64,000 nucleotides of DNA from positions 22,384,001 to 22,448,000 of the forward strand of contig NC_058368.1 of assembly GCF_018350175.1 (NCBI RefSeq), read 5' to 3'. A program made the translations under genes and the position numbers. The stretch comes from Felis catus. Lineage: Eukaryota. How positions within the stretch are numbered: the stretch's first letter is position 1; the number at the start of each line of letters is the position of its first letter. The notes beneath the pieces are model-generated. The model was not told the origin of the DNA. It saw only the letters and a program-made list of their open reading frames with translations, and did no database searches. Of this stretch, positions 12,501 to 25,733 are shown one piece after another.

Positions 12501-13978
12501 TTTAACCAGATAGATTTAAAATACCCGGTTAGAGAGACAAAATATACTCATGCAAAAAGACATTCAGAGATATAACATTTGAAATGAATAGCTCAGATAA
12601 AATTTGCTACAGGGGTTCAAAAAGGCAAGCAATCAGTTGCTATGGGATGATCAAACACAGGCATTATGCTTTTTAAATTCAACTTCTTTTACTTAATCTT
12701 CAACACTGTGATCAAAGTACAACTCTCATTTTATGGATGAGAAACTTTGGTTCTGAGAGCCTAAACATATGTTCACATACATACAGCTGAGAAAGCAGCA
12801 GAGCTGAGGTTCATAGTTTGACTCTAACACATTCTTTCCACTAGTCCATGTTAGTTCAGGAGGGGTAAAATTGGAAGTGAACCTTGAAGAATGGGCTTCA
12901 AATAGAATGGTCAGAGGAGAGCACTTTAATGGCAACAATAGCTAACAAAGGCATGAGATTGGGAAGATGCCAAGTGTGCCTGGGGGTAAGAAATTAGCCT
13001 GTGCAGAAGTTTGAGTTGGAAGGTATGGAGATACAGGGCAGAAAAAGTAGGTTGGGGCCAGATTAAGAGGGACTTTGGTTGACACGTGAGGTATTTAGCA
13101 ACCATTTATTTTTAATCAAGGGTCAGAGATGTGAAACAGCAAAAGTGAAAAGCTGTTTGGTATTGTTGATTAATGGACTTCATCACTGATATTTGTCAAG
13201 CCACTGTTGCTATCAAAGACTTTTTAAGATAACCAGAAAATTAAAACAAAACAAGAGAAAAACCTTTATAGACTGCCATCAAACCAAATGATTAGAAGAA
13301 GAATTTTGACTTAGCATAAATTTCAGGATAGGCCAAAAACACATCAAACAAACAAACAAAAAAACCTTTTAAAGAAAGAAACTGGGATTTTTATCACAGA
13401 GAAAAAAGGAATACTTATTTATTCCTTGCTTTAAGATAAATCAAAGTTCTAAAATAATCTACGGCTATGAGAAATGAATTCAGTACTTTTTATAGAAAGG
13501 TATTATTATTTGACTAATACATCTTTAGAGGATAAAATGAAGAAATATTAAAATGACAAGCCAACAACACTAAATTGAGAGAGATGGCAAAGTGGACCAC
13601 CAATCAGCCTGTCAGTGGACTATTATGTTCTGTACAAACCTCTCCTTGAAGCAATTGGATTCAAACACATTATGGGTTAGACAGGCTTTTGTGGGCTAGC
13701 CTGGAAATTCAACTGTCATTTATAACTTTGTTTCCATGGCAAAATGCCTTTACAAGTTCTAAACAGCAGACTTTCAAATTAACTTTTGGAATATAACCCA
13801 TTTGCAACTTGGGGACTGCCTGTGCTTTGAATGTAGATTGTCTATTATAACCAGGTCTTTAACTTCACTGAGTCGCAAAGGATTTCAAATTAGTTAGAGG
13901 AGTTCAAATTAGTTATCTTTCTTTCAAAGCCAATACCTTATTTGGGAAAAGGGGATTAAAAAAAAAAAAAGCAACCCA

Positions 13979-14186
13979 GGGGTGCCTGGGTGGCTCAGTT
14001 GGTTGAGTGTCCCACTTTGGCTCAGGTCATGATCTCACAGTTTGTGAGTTTGAGCCCCGCATCAGGCTCTGTGCTGATAGCTCAAAGCCTGGAGCCCGCT
14101 TCACATTCTGTGTCTCCCTCTCTCTGCTCCTCCCCTGCTCACATGCTGTCTCTCTCTCAACAATAAAGATTAAAAAAAAAAAAAAT
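13979..14186 (+). mobile_element. CanSINE (SINEC_Fc-like) with TSD
   Basis: Full head, body, (CT)n and poly(A); flanking direct repeat AAAAAAAGCAACCCA. Confidence 0.95.
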
Positions 14187-15199
14187 TAAAAAAAGCAACC
14201 CATCTGATGTGAAGAAAAGGCAAATCCAATAACTTTTTCCATTAAAGGCATTATTATAAGGAAACAAACATTTTGTCTATAAGAAGAAGGAATAAAATGA
14301 TGAATTAGAAAATACCTGAGTATTTATATAGTGGAAGACAGTATGTTTTATTCCTTTTGGATAAAGTTTGTCTCTACAATGCAAAGGTAACACAAAATAA
14401 AGTGAGTCAATTATCCTTAAAATGCCTGCTTAAACTTTTCTCAATAATGACATTTGTATACTGTTGGTGAAATTTTCTAGAACAGAATTGTAAAGATTAT
14501 TGCAGTAGTTTTCCATTGAATTGAACAGTATACAAAAAGATGCTGGCAAAGACCTTTAAATGATACCTAGTGTTAAAAATTGTCTCTTTCACCAGGATAA
14601 AATGCTTGCTGCTCCGGAAAAGGATATAAAATATTCTATTGGGTTTTCAGTTCATTTTACTTTTTCAAGTAATTTCTTTTTTCCTCTTTACCAAGGGAAT
14701 AATTGAAATAGGTACAGCCAAATAAGAAACATTTCCCTCTTCCATCAACTCATACTTTGGTGAAGACTCTACTTAAGCTCATTAAATTCATAGCTGATAG
14801 GTTCAGGAGCGCCCTATGTATTATGTAAAGTTCTGGTTTTCTCCCAGCTAGGTAAGCTAATCAATGCTGGTATTCTTAATGAAGGGTCTGTTATTAGTTT
14901 ACCCCCGGATTTTTTGTTTGTTTGCTTATTTTATAAACAAGATTTCTTTCTGGCCTATTTATCACATAGGAATAGTACCATTTAAAGTGAGCCCTTAAAA
15001 ACATTTCTCTTTTTTTTTTTAACGTATCTTTTTTTTTTTTTAACCTTAAGTATCTTTTGAAATCTTACCCTGACAAGTTGAAAATTATTTTTTTATTTAG
15101 TTTACCTGGTGTTTTATTTTTATAGGTTATTTTTCCACGTATTTCAATTTGGTATTCTTTATAATGACAATTGAAAGCCATCAGCTTGGGAGTCAAAGG

Positions 15200-16520
15200 C
15201 TCCGGATGCTGGTTTACTCATTGAACAAGTACTTCCTGTGGCCTTATGTGTATGCATTTATTGGCATTCAGTTCTCTATTAGTGTTTTAATTTCTATTAT
15301 GATTTTCTCTGTAATTCAGAGTTATTTAGGAGTACATTTTTTTCTTTCCAAATATTTTAAAGTCACATTTTATTCTCAAACTTTATTATTTTTTTTAATC
15401 CTGGGCAGAGAACATGTTTTATATAATAGCTATTCTTTTAAGTTGTTGAACTCTCTTTGATGATGTGATATGTGGTCAGTTTTTTAAAATGTGCATTTGA
15501 AAAGAATGTGTATTTTCCATTTGGTGCAAAGTCTATTCATATCTATTGGATCAAGCTGGTTATTTTTCTTGTTCAACTCTTAAATATTCTTATTAATCAT
15601 TCTGAGCTTGAACTTTGTTTATTTTATTTGATATTTATTTATTTATTTATTTGAGCTCTCAGTTTAAAATCTTCCACTGAGATTGTCAGTTTGTCTATTT
15701 CTCCTGGTAATTCAGTAAGATAATGTTTTATATATTTTGGGGGGGGGCTATGTTTTTAGGTATAAATATGTTAAAGATTAGTATGTTTTCTTGCTGAATC
15801 ATTCTTTCTTACTATTATTCAACGTCTCTCTCTATCTTGTTAATACTTTTGTCTTAAATTCTATTTGGCTCATTTTATTTTTGCGATTACAATTTCTTTC
15901 TATTCGTCTGATTTAGCATATATAATTTTTTATTCCTTTATTTTTAGTCTTTCTGTGCAGTTATATTTTAGATGTGTCATGTAGAAGCAGCATAGAATTA
16001 GGCTTTTTTTAAATGCATTCTAATTGTTTTATAGGAATAATCTACTTATATTTATTGTGATTCCTCTTCTTTCTACTGTGTTTTCTTTGCATTCTCCCCC
16101 TCTTCTGCTTCCTAAGTGTTAAATGAAATTTTTCATGTGCCCTATAATTTGCTCTGCTGACTTGGAGATTATATATTATTTTTTTGTTCTACTAATGGAT
16201 TTATTTATTTGCTTATTTCTACTTCTATCCTCTTGCAGAACACAGATTCAGTTTGGCATACTTTATACAACTCCACTATTTCCTCAATCCTCCCATTGTG
16301 TTACTGGTTTTGTTACCTTTAAAGTTTTAATGTATGTTTAAAATGTTCAAATAAACATAGAAATACACTTATGTATTAATTTACACTCAATTATATTTAC
16401 TAACATACTTTTTAGCTAATTCTGTGCTCCTTGTTGCTTCTCATAACCTACTTTCCCACCAGGTTCACTTTTCTTTGTGAAATGAAACATGCCCTCTAAT
16501 AGCTTTTTAGGGAAGGTTTA
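15200..16520 (-). mobile_element. Old L1M fragments
   Basis: T-rich antisense L1 ORF2 text (TGTGCATTTGAAAAGAATGTGTATTTT, GTTTGTCTATTTCTCCT). Confidence 0.65.
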
Positions 16521-16544
16521 TGAGGATTTTTAGCTTGGATTAAA

Positions 16545-17500
16545 TGGTTCCTAACCATATTGGACCCAGTATATCTTTCCATGATTAATATTTTGTAATG
16601 CTCTCTTTACTTCATGAAGTAAAATACATAGTTAATATAACTTAACAGTATATAAAATGTCTCAGCAATCAATACAATGCTAGAACTGCTATATAATGTA
16701 TTGGTAAAAGGAAAGTAAGTTATCAAAAATAATGTACATTTTGATATGTAAATAAACGTTTGAATATGACCACACTAGAAGACATAGTAAAGTAGTCTCT
16801 TGTGTACATCTACTTACAATATTGAATTGTGGATTTAGGAGAAGTAAAGCAATACTTTATATCATCAGTATTTTTCATGTGCATTTTATAATTTATCTAT
16901 CTTACTACTTATTTTATCTTTTACTTTATATTTGATATTTTGATAAAGAGCCTCTTTATTAAAATTATACACATACACACACCTCTATGCACATCCATTC
17001 ATAGAATCACAATGAATACAATAGACACAAGCTACAGATATGTTGTTATTTGAGACTCAGATTCCTTGATTGGCCTTGCTATTAGTGACTAATTTTCTAA
17101 AAAGGTGAACAATCCATAGTAAAGCTTTAAAGAAAATAAATTACAATGATTTTTCAACTTACATCATAGTTGCATCACTGGATAATTCAGCTTGTATTCT
17201 TTTTATGTTCCCAGGTAAAATGGAGATAGATTTTAGGTTCAGATGATTATGGAAGGATATTCACCTACATGTATATGTGGCAAAAGCACTGGAGAGTCAT
17301 ATCAGACAGCACGGTGTTGGTTTTTTGTTTTGTTTTGATTTTTTTCATGGGAGTTCCCTAGCACATTACAGGCTGTCAGCTTTTCTGGCCCTCCTCTCCT
17401 CTAATGGCCAGTAGCATTCCCTCAGTTATTGTGATAACTCAGATTGCCCCCTCACATTTCTCAGATGCATAGTACTGTCCCATTTGAGGACAATTTGACT
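16545..17500. mobile_element. hAT-Charlie DNA transposon remnant(s)
   Basis: TGGTTCCTAACC start; MER20/Charlie-like end (GGCCAGTAGCATTCCCTCAGTTATTGTGATAAC...CCCATTTGAGGACAAT). Confidence 0.4.
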
Positions 17501-17514
17501 AGATAATCTTCTTG

Positions 17515-17709
17515 ATATCTTGATGTGGGGTCCACAGAGACCCATACAACTTCAGGATGTCCGTGAATGTGAATCGTTAAAAAAAATAATATATGCTTTC
17601 ATGTTTGATATGTCATACATGTTACTTTGTCAAAAACCACCATCAATGTTATTCAAGCCAAGAAACAATAACCTTCATATTAAATCTATCTCTGCCTATT
17701 ATGTATCTA

Positions 17710-17740
<31 letters not shown>

Positions 17741-17962
17741 ATGTGTGTATTTGTTATTTAGTGCATTGAGAAAGGATCACATAATAGTGTAAATTTATTT
17801 CCCTTTTTTCAATATGTTGATAAGTGTGTTTCAATGTAATTGGTTTACTTTGTTTTATGTGTATTATTTTATGCATTTAAAAACATTATTTTTAGAAGTG
17901 AGGTCCATAGCTTCCCTAGATTACCAAAGGGATCTTTCACACAAACAGTAGATAAAATCTCA
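17515..17962. mobile_element. hAT-Charlie (Charlie4-like) remnant containing a microsatellite
   Basis: TGGGGTCCACAGA near start; ATGCATTTAAAAACATTATTTTTAGAAGTGAGGTCCATAGCTTC...CCAAAGGG near end. Confidence 0.55.
17711..17740. repeat. (ATCT)7 tetranucleotide microsatellite
   Basis: Directly visible. Confidence 0.95.
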
Positions 17963-18216
17963 GAACCAAGCCTTCAACATCTTTGTGTTGTTCTGATTGA
18001 GTTGGTTTCATGGGATAGGTTCAGAGCCAGAACTTCAGTTGAGGGTATGACCCAGAGAAGTGTCTGAGAAAGAGTCAAAAACACATAATTCAGAAATACA
18101 GTTACACTCTATTTCTGTAGAAATATCATCAGAATGGTACAAGACAGGAATGTAAGAAGATATTGATAGGGTCCTGGATAGCCTCTTTGATCCAGTTTCT
18201 CATGCATCAAGCTAGA

Positions 18217-18362
18217 CAGGGGGTCCTCAAACTTTGGTGTACATAAGAATTCTGAAGAGCATGTTCAGAAACACTGATTTAACTGAATCAGAATCAGTAG
18301 GGGAGGAGTATCCTATCTGGGATGCACATGATTCATACACCAAACTCTGAGAAATCCGGGCT
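18217..18362. mobile_element. MER5-like hAT MITE
   Basis: CAGGGGGTCCTCAAACTTTGGTGTACATAAGAAT...ACTGAATCAGAATC...CAAACTCTGAGAAA. Confidence 0.6.
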
Positions 18363-18872
18363 ACACATGCACCAGTCAGCGCCTGATACACATTGTATTT
18401 TATTGCTCTGAAAAGTCTCCCTTGTTCCATCCCCCTGGTGTACTTTTACTTATCTGTTAAGCCCCGAGCACATGTAGACTCCTCTACTTCTATTCCTTCC
18501 CACAGCTCTCCTACCTCTCCCATAGTCCCTTATGCTTTCTCAGCGCAACTGGGATTTTTATGTTATATTAAAATTATTCATTTAAATGTCTGTGTCATTA
18601 GACTGAATTCCTTGAGGGCAGGTACTATTTCTATGCATCATGGGCCCCACCCCCAATCTTGTTAACTTGAATTGGAAATGAATAAATTCTCTTTTCATTG
18701 AGAATTCTCATAGACTTAATTCTAAAACCAATCTCTTGTAGATTCAAACTTCCCTACCTGTATAAAAGTTTTACTCATTTTATCTTTTCCTCCCTCTCTT
18801 AGATCAAGTTTTTTTGGGAATGTGTACATCTACACACACCTGCATATATAAAAAATGTCCCATGTTAGTTAT

Positions 18873-19130
18873 TGTGGCAGAGATAGTAACCTACCTAATG
18901 TGCATTCTCCTTTTCTTACATACATGCCATAAAAACAAAAGAAAATGAAAACCTATGTTTGCCAGTCTTCCTTACAGAAGAGGGCATTGATGTCCCAATT
19001 CTAAGATGTGCACTAAAATTATTGGGTAGGACCTCCAGGAAAACCCTTAAAAGAAGGACAGATTTAGCTGGTTGAAACATGTTTTTTCTTTCCCCTTCGG
19101 ATCTTCACCTTTTCTATCTGGAACATGCAC
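18873..19130 (+). mobile_element. MaLR (MLT1J/I-like) LTR fragment
   Basis: TGTGGCAGAGA start, TATGTTTGCCAGTCTTCCTTACAG, TTTCTATCTGGAAC. Confidence 0.45.
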
Positions 19131-19702
19131 AACTTTTTTTCTTCCTACCCCCAAATTTGTATACTGTTTCTCTTCATAGTAAAATTTATATTATATGAGG
19201 AGTTAAATAAGAAGTATTATTAAAAGCTTCTCAAGGGAGAAAGCAGGTCTGTGTGGTTCAGATAAGACTCAGTGGTATGAAAAATAAATCTTTAAATTAG
19301 CTTGATCTAGAATCTGTTGTGAAATATTACATTTATAAGTGAAATAAGAGAAATCCGAGATCTTTAAAGGGTTTTTTCTTCTAAGTACATGTTCAAGTCT
19401 GCCTTTCAAATATTGGTATTAGTTGCATATACTGTTAGAAATCAGATGAATCCAACTCAGAGAACAAGAAGCTAGGTTCTCAGGCTTTTCTCTGATTAAA
19501 CACTTTCTTCAGCTCTTAGTGCAAAACTGTTCGTACATCATATTATTCTCAATACTTAATTGCTGAATGAATAAATACATGAATAAAGAATCAGGATGAT
19601 TCAGAAGAAAAAAATTAGCAAAACGTGGCTAACACATTTTAGTAAATATTTTGGCCGTTAGAAATGAAACCAAACCCTTTTGACTGAGAATAGATGACTT
19701 AA

Positions 19703-19861
19703 GGGGCACTTGGGTGGCTCAGTTGGTAAAGTATCTGACTCTTGATTTCGGCTCAGCTCATAACCTCACAGTCGTGATCATGATCGTGATCATGATTGTG
19801 ATTGCCCAGCATGGAGCCCACTTAGGATTGTCTCTCGCTCTCTGCTTCTCCCCTCTCCTAA
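19703..19861 (+). mobile_element. CanSINE, internally rearranged, with TSD
   Basis: GGGGCACTTGGGTGGCTCAG head; flanks AGAATAGATGAC(T/G)TAA. Confidence 0.9.
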
Positions 19862-22149
19862 AAGAATAGATGACGTAAAGTTACAAAAAAAAAAAAAAAA
19901 AATCAAGTTCCTTGATTTAAATGCACCTCGTTTTATCTCATTTCTTTACAGATTCATTGCATTCTCTAGTTATCCTAGAACTGCTTTCAGGTTTAAACGT
20001 CCAGTATTTCACTGTGACTCACTGCACTTTGTGAAAACAAAGAAATGATGAAGGTTATGGGGCCACCATCACAACCTATGAAGTGACTTAGCATTCACTA
20101 AACTGATTTCTTTTCCCCTTGCTCATACTTTCTAGATCTTTTGCAATGGACATATATTCCTTTTGTAATAAGAAAAAAAGAATATTGAATTTTATTGAAA
20201 AATACAGTAGATCTTAAAGGATATAAAAGGGCTCAGGATTTTAACCTGTCATTCTATGATTTTACGGTACGAGGTGATTGTGGATCAATTATTTTCTTCC
20301 TATTTTCCTCTAGCATTGTACTTTAACATGCGCCATTCAACAATTTAGCTGGGTTTGAGGTAAGAGGCTCTTCTGGCCTGTTGGGAACAGAATCTAGCAG
20401 GTAGTTACTGTATTTAAAACTCTTTGAAGAAGAAAGGTATTATTTAAGTATTAAGCATTATTATGAACATCCTGCCTTTTAAAAGCTCAAAGGGAAAGAC
20501 AAAAGGACCTGTCCTTATTAGTATTTCCAATTAAACTGAGAAGGATAAATTATTTCCAAACCATCTAATCTTTCCTACATGTCCCCACTGCCCCCACCAC
20601 TACATTTTAGTCAAATCTACATGTGGAGAGAAACAGGAATCCAACCTTTAATTTTCCTTTTAGCTCTGATAAACACGTTTATTACAGGGTTCCCCTGCAT
20701 GTTTGTACACACAATCTTAGAGGAACCAGTTTGCTTCTGCTAATGGAGTTTAACGATATTCTCACAAGCAACACTACTTGCCCCCCAAATTGAGTGGATA
20801 ATACAAGAACATGTAGCTGTTCAGTGCGGGATCTCACAAAGCATTATGTCACATCCTTTACCTGTGACATGGTGGTGTAAATTTCTCTGAGTATAATAAC
20901 TATTCCTGGAAGAGGCATCAAATCTACCTTTAGAGATTACATACTGGGAAGTTCTTACTCTTTTTCAGGGAATTAGTAATAGTCTTAATACAATTGCCAG
21001 TTAAATTAATTGAATTATCAGACCCTTTGCCTGAAGTCAATTTTTATGACTTGTACGCTTGATGCTTATCCAGCCATCTTCCACAGTTTTCAACCTTCTG
21101 AGTAATAATTCCAAACTCATCCAGCTTTAAACTGGCCAAAGAGCTCATGATTTGATATGATTGATATATGGGGGGGGGGTGTACAAATTGAATTTCAAAA
21201 TGATGTTAAGGAGTCCCAAACAACAATTTCTAATATCTGTCACAAGTACGATGGTTCAAAAAAAGAATATGTCTAAAGAAATTACAGACTCAACGAAGAC
21301 CATCACAAATTTAGACTGTATAATTAGAGGATATCAGTTTTGGCCCAGTGGGATGTATTTTGAATTCAACACCAGTTATTTTTGGTGGAAGGCTGAGTCT
21401 GAATATTTCAAATGAAGTGGCATCATGTTAAATTACCTGTTCCAAAATGAAGACCTTTGTTCTCTTCATGAGATTCACATTTAGAAGTGCAGTGTGATAA
21501 ATTAAAATTTAGACTGTGTACTAAATTGAAAGTATGAAATTCCATTTTTAATTAGTTAAGGAAGCAAGAGTTTGCAAAATCATGGTTATTCAGAAGGCTC
21601 TTTTCTTCCATGTGTGTCAATGTATAGATTCCATAAAGGCAAAACTTCTTGTCTCATTACAAGGGTAATAAAAAATACAATTTCCTTCAGAATGTATGGT
21701 TTGAAAACCAGAGCTTATTGTATGCTAGTATTTTTGCAACTGTAACAGCGGCCTCAGAGTTCACTGCATCCCTCAAGAAGGTCATCAAGAACTTGATCGC
21801 ATTCTTTAGGCTACTAGGGAGTTCCTTATACTATCACCTGGCTCTATTAAGGTGATCAAGGCAACCATCTTGAGTGATCAAACTTCATTCATTATAGAAT
21901 GTTTGTTATCTCTCAGTATGTATAGATAGATAGGTAGATACACAATATATGTATCTATCTTTCTATATAGATACATATATCATTGAATATATATGTATTT
22001 TATTGAAGGTCTTAATTGTTAATCATTTAAGGAACAGATGGTAGGTATAAGGGAATAATATAAATGTTCACTCTGTTGGTGTGGGAACCTGGTCTTAAAA
22101 ATAACTTGGAAGTTCAGGGAAACCTAGTACTAACAAATACTGCCCCAAT

Positions 22150-22592
22150 CTTGCCCTCATACTTTGGTTCCTTGTGAGATTCTCTCTTCAGGAATAACAC
22201 TTCCGTCTCCCAGCTGCTGGGCGTATTGGCTGCTGTCCGCCCACACTGTGTTTCCTACTGGAAATCGTCCTCTACTACAGGAAAGTTGACCCAGGAACCC
22301 TTACCTCTAAGGGGAAGCTCATGACCAATGACTGGATGATATGAGGATAAAAGGTCCAGCCTCTATGCCTCAATATGGGACAACTCTGAGGAGTCAGCCC
22401 CTTAAAGGATTGGCTGGGGCCTCAACCGCAGCAGTTTTGCAAGTCAGCTCCCTTGCCCTCAACTGTCTCTTAACTGCCAAACAGGTGTGTGTCCTGTGAG
22501 CACTCTCCAAGTGAAATCTTTGCAATCAATACTTCATCTATTGCAGTCAACATCTCATTTATCCCTATTTTCAGGAAAGCCAATTAAACCCA
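22150..22592 (+). mobile_element. ERVL solo LTR, LTR16-like
   Basis: CCCAGCTGCTGGGCGTATTGGCTGCTG, TGACCAATGACTGG...ATAAAAGG...GGGACAACTCTG. Confidence 0.6.
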
Positions 22593-24679
22593 GAGATCAT
22601 CATTGTGGGATATGCATTGGCAGGACACGTAGGTATATAGATTGATCTTCTGGTCAAAAATATTATTACCACCAACCACCTTGCCTAAGCTGGTGTTCAA
22701 TATTATTCCTTGAATTAGTTCTGAAGGCATATGAGATTAGGTAAGTTTACACCTTTAATATGTGAATTTCCTAGCAGAAAACAAGACCCCAAGGAGAAGA
22801 CAGTCTACTGTATAGGTAAGATGGGATGACCTATGGGAAAAGGAGAAAGGAGAAAAGATCTTATGTGGCCTGCTTGGTAGGAGAAGTTCATAGTGGGGTT
22901 CCTTAGGCCAACTCGTGTTGTATATTGTGTGTGGCTGAGGGAGGAAGGAGGAAGGTCTTGGGAGGACAGTGAACACCTGGAGTCAGGGATGCTGAAAGGA
23001 AGGAACTGGAAGAGAGTTACATGACAATTTTTGCTTTAAAATGACTTGACAGTGGAACTACTCTAGACCACTACTGCCCACACAGATACTTTTTTCTTTT
23101 GAACTCCTTTCCTACTAATTTTGGTGCTGAATTTTATTTTGTATTATTCCATTTAAATATTTAATAGAGTGTGCCTTTTCTCATACTTCTTTTGAACACT
23201 TTATATCACGAACACAGAACTATGCACATAATAGAGGTTCCATAAGTACTTGCTGAATGAGTGAATAAATGAATGACCAGATAAACATAAAATGGAAAGA
23301 TTATTGAATTAGAAAAAAATTATAGTGCTCCACAGGTCCTAAATCTATGCATTCAGAAACCTGTAGAATGTGGGATTTAGCACAATGTTTTTTTGATAGG
23401 AAGTAATGGATAGATACAGTTTTTAGGTTGACTGAATCCAAATGATGTTTTCGAGATGGCACTTTTAATCTCATATTGCTAATGATATAAACATCTTGTC
23501 ATACAAGATAATAGACTTCATGTAATTTCAATACATGTCACAGCTCAGTGAGAGCAAAGAGACCTACTGGAAGGTTACATGCATTATGTAAACTCTCAGC
23601 CATAAATGACTTCTTTTTGTTCACAGAGATCCAGACGCCCCCTCCTCCCGTTGAGCACAAGGTTTTGCCTTGTGACAGAGAACAAAGATGCGGACTGCAG
23701 CACACTTCTGTGTCTCAAGGCCTAAATGGCTGTAAAATGACTCCATTTCCAGACGAAATGACTAGGCTCCAATTTCTCCTGGACAAAGTCTTGAAACATT
23801 CCCTTTTCCCCCCTTAATCCCACTGACCAAAGTACTCAGATAAAACATTTCTAGGAATAGTTTGAAGTGAGGATGATAACCATTTCCTTTTACCACGCTC
23901 CACTTTTCCAGGAGAGATAATTTCTTCTTTAGCTGATGCTTATGAAGACCTCTCCACGGTTACTCCTTCCTTCAAATCAAATATCTAACTAAAAATAGAA
24001 AATCATTTTGCATGTGTTCATAAGGCAAAATGTGGGCTAACTCCTTCAGCATATGATGGCTTACAACAGATACAAATGTCGGTGAAGGTAATAGTGAACC
24101 AAATAATGATCTCTCTCTAAACGGCTAAATAAAGCATTCGTGTTTGTAGCTCCTCTCCTGAGTTTGTAGCCACTGCCCTGGAGGTGGCCTGCAATGACAT
24201 TATTCATTTGAAATGGGACAAGCTAGTTTTAAAATGGCATATTTAAAGTCACATTTGACAAATGGAATCTATGTTGAAAAACTGTTAGTCACCTATGTTA
24301 GTAAGAGCATATCTAGAAACATCAATGCATTTGTTGCACTTCTGGATTTGGGAGAGATGGACAAATTACAGAAGAAGCTGGTAATGAGAGTTACTTAGTA
24401 TCAACAGCAACTTCCAGAGAAAATGTTTTCTTCAAGAAGACTGTGTCCTCTCTCTGGACCATGAACAAATATATGATTGAATTCTGAAGTTTTACCCCAC
24501 TGAGAATGACTGAAATAATTTTGGCTAAGAAAAATCTCCATAATGCTCCCATGGAATATTCCTTTTTAAAACAAAATAGCTTTCTGGTGAACTCACCATG
24601 TAGTTCAAGTTACTAAGTGGATTAATGTTTCCATTTGAAATTGGGAAATATATGTCAATTACCTTTTGGAAGATGTATT

Positions 24680-24908
24680 AAAAAATTTTTTTTTACTGTT
24701 TATTTTATTTTTGAGAGAGAGAGAGAGAGAGAGACAAAGCACAAGCAGGGGAGGGGCAGAGAGAGAGAGAGGGAGACACAGAATCTGAAGCAGGCTCCAG
24801 GCTCTGAGCTGTCAGCACAGAGCCCAGTGTGGGGCTCGAACCCACAAACTGTGAGATCATGACCTGAGCTGAAGTCTGGAGCTTAACCGACTGAGCCACC
24901 CAGGCGCC
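24680..24908 (-). mobile_element. CanSINE (SINEC_Fc-like)
   Basis: Poly(T), (GA)n, body, and CCACCCAGGCGCC head on the reverse strand. Confidence 0.95.
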
Positions 24909-24919
24909 ACAGCTGTATT

Positions 24920-25141
24920 TTTTTTTTAATTTTTAAAAATGTTTTATTTATTTTTGAGAGAGAGAGAGAGAAAGAGACAGCGTGAGCATGGGAGGGGCAG
25001 AGAGAGGGAGACACAGAATCTGAAGCAGGCTCCAGGCTTCGAGCTGTCAGCACAGAGCCCAACGTGGGGCTCAAACTCATAAACCCAAGATCATGACCTG
25101 AGCCGAAGTCAAACGCTTAACTGACTGAGCCACCCAGGCCC
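24920..25141 (-). mobile_element. CanSINE (SINEC_Fc-like)
   Basis: Second tandem copy with the same structure. Confidence 0.95.
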
Positions 25142-25522
25142 TCTTGGAGGATGTATTTCAAGGATAGTTTTAGTTTCAAAGACTTCTATGAAGTCTTTCT
25201 TCTGAAGATAATCAGGTAGTAGAAACATTTAAGTAAAATAAATAACTGAACAAGGAGAATAAAGCAAAACAAAATAAAAATATCATTAGCATTACTTGAG
25301 GACAGTGGAGGCCATGCCCTGAAATAATTGAAATAGAAGTTGAATTATTTTGTGTAAACTCTAAGGGGATTTTCCATTTCACTAGTAATATTAAAATGCA
25401 GGCTATATATAAGGATCAATAACTGGAATTGTCTTTACGTTGCATTGTCCCTAACCAGCTTTTGTTTTCTCAAACCAATGCAAGATGGAGTTAAGAAAAG
25501 GTTTATAGATTTATCTTATTCT

Positions 25523-25733
25523 TTTTTTTTAATGTTTTATTTATTCTTGAGAGAGAGAGAGACAGAGTGTGAGTGGGGGAAAGGCAGCGAGAGAGGAAGG
25601 CACAGAATCCAAAGCAGGCTCCAGGCTCCAAGCTGACAGCACAGAGCCCGATGCCAGGCTTGAACTCATGAACCATGAGATCATGACCTGAGCTGAAGTT
25701 GACGCTTAATCTACTGAGCCACCCAGGTGCCCC
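25523..25733 (-). mobile_element. CanSINE with TSD
   Basis: Flanks AGATTTAT(C/A)T(T/A)ATTCT. Confidence 0.95.

Noticed and set aside
13884..13915. 13-bp direct repeat TTCAAATTAGTTA separated by GAGGAG
   Set aside because: Too short to interpret; compatible with an ordinary small duplication.
21921..21980. Imperfect hairpin AGATAGGTAGATACA / TGTATCTATCTTTCT
   Set aside because: Built from low-complexity (GATA)/(TATC)/(TA) repeats, where self-complementarity is expected.
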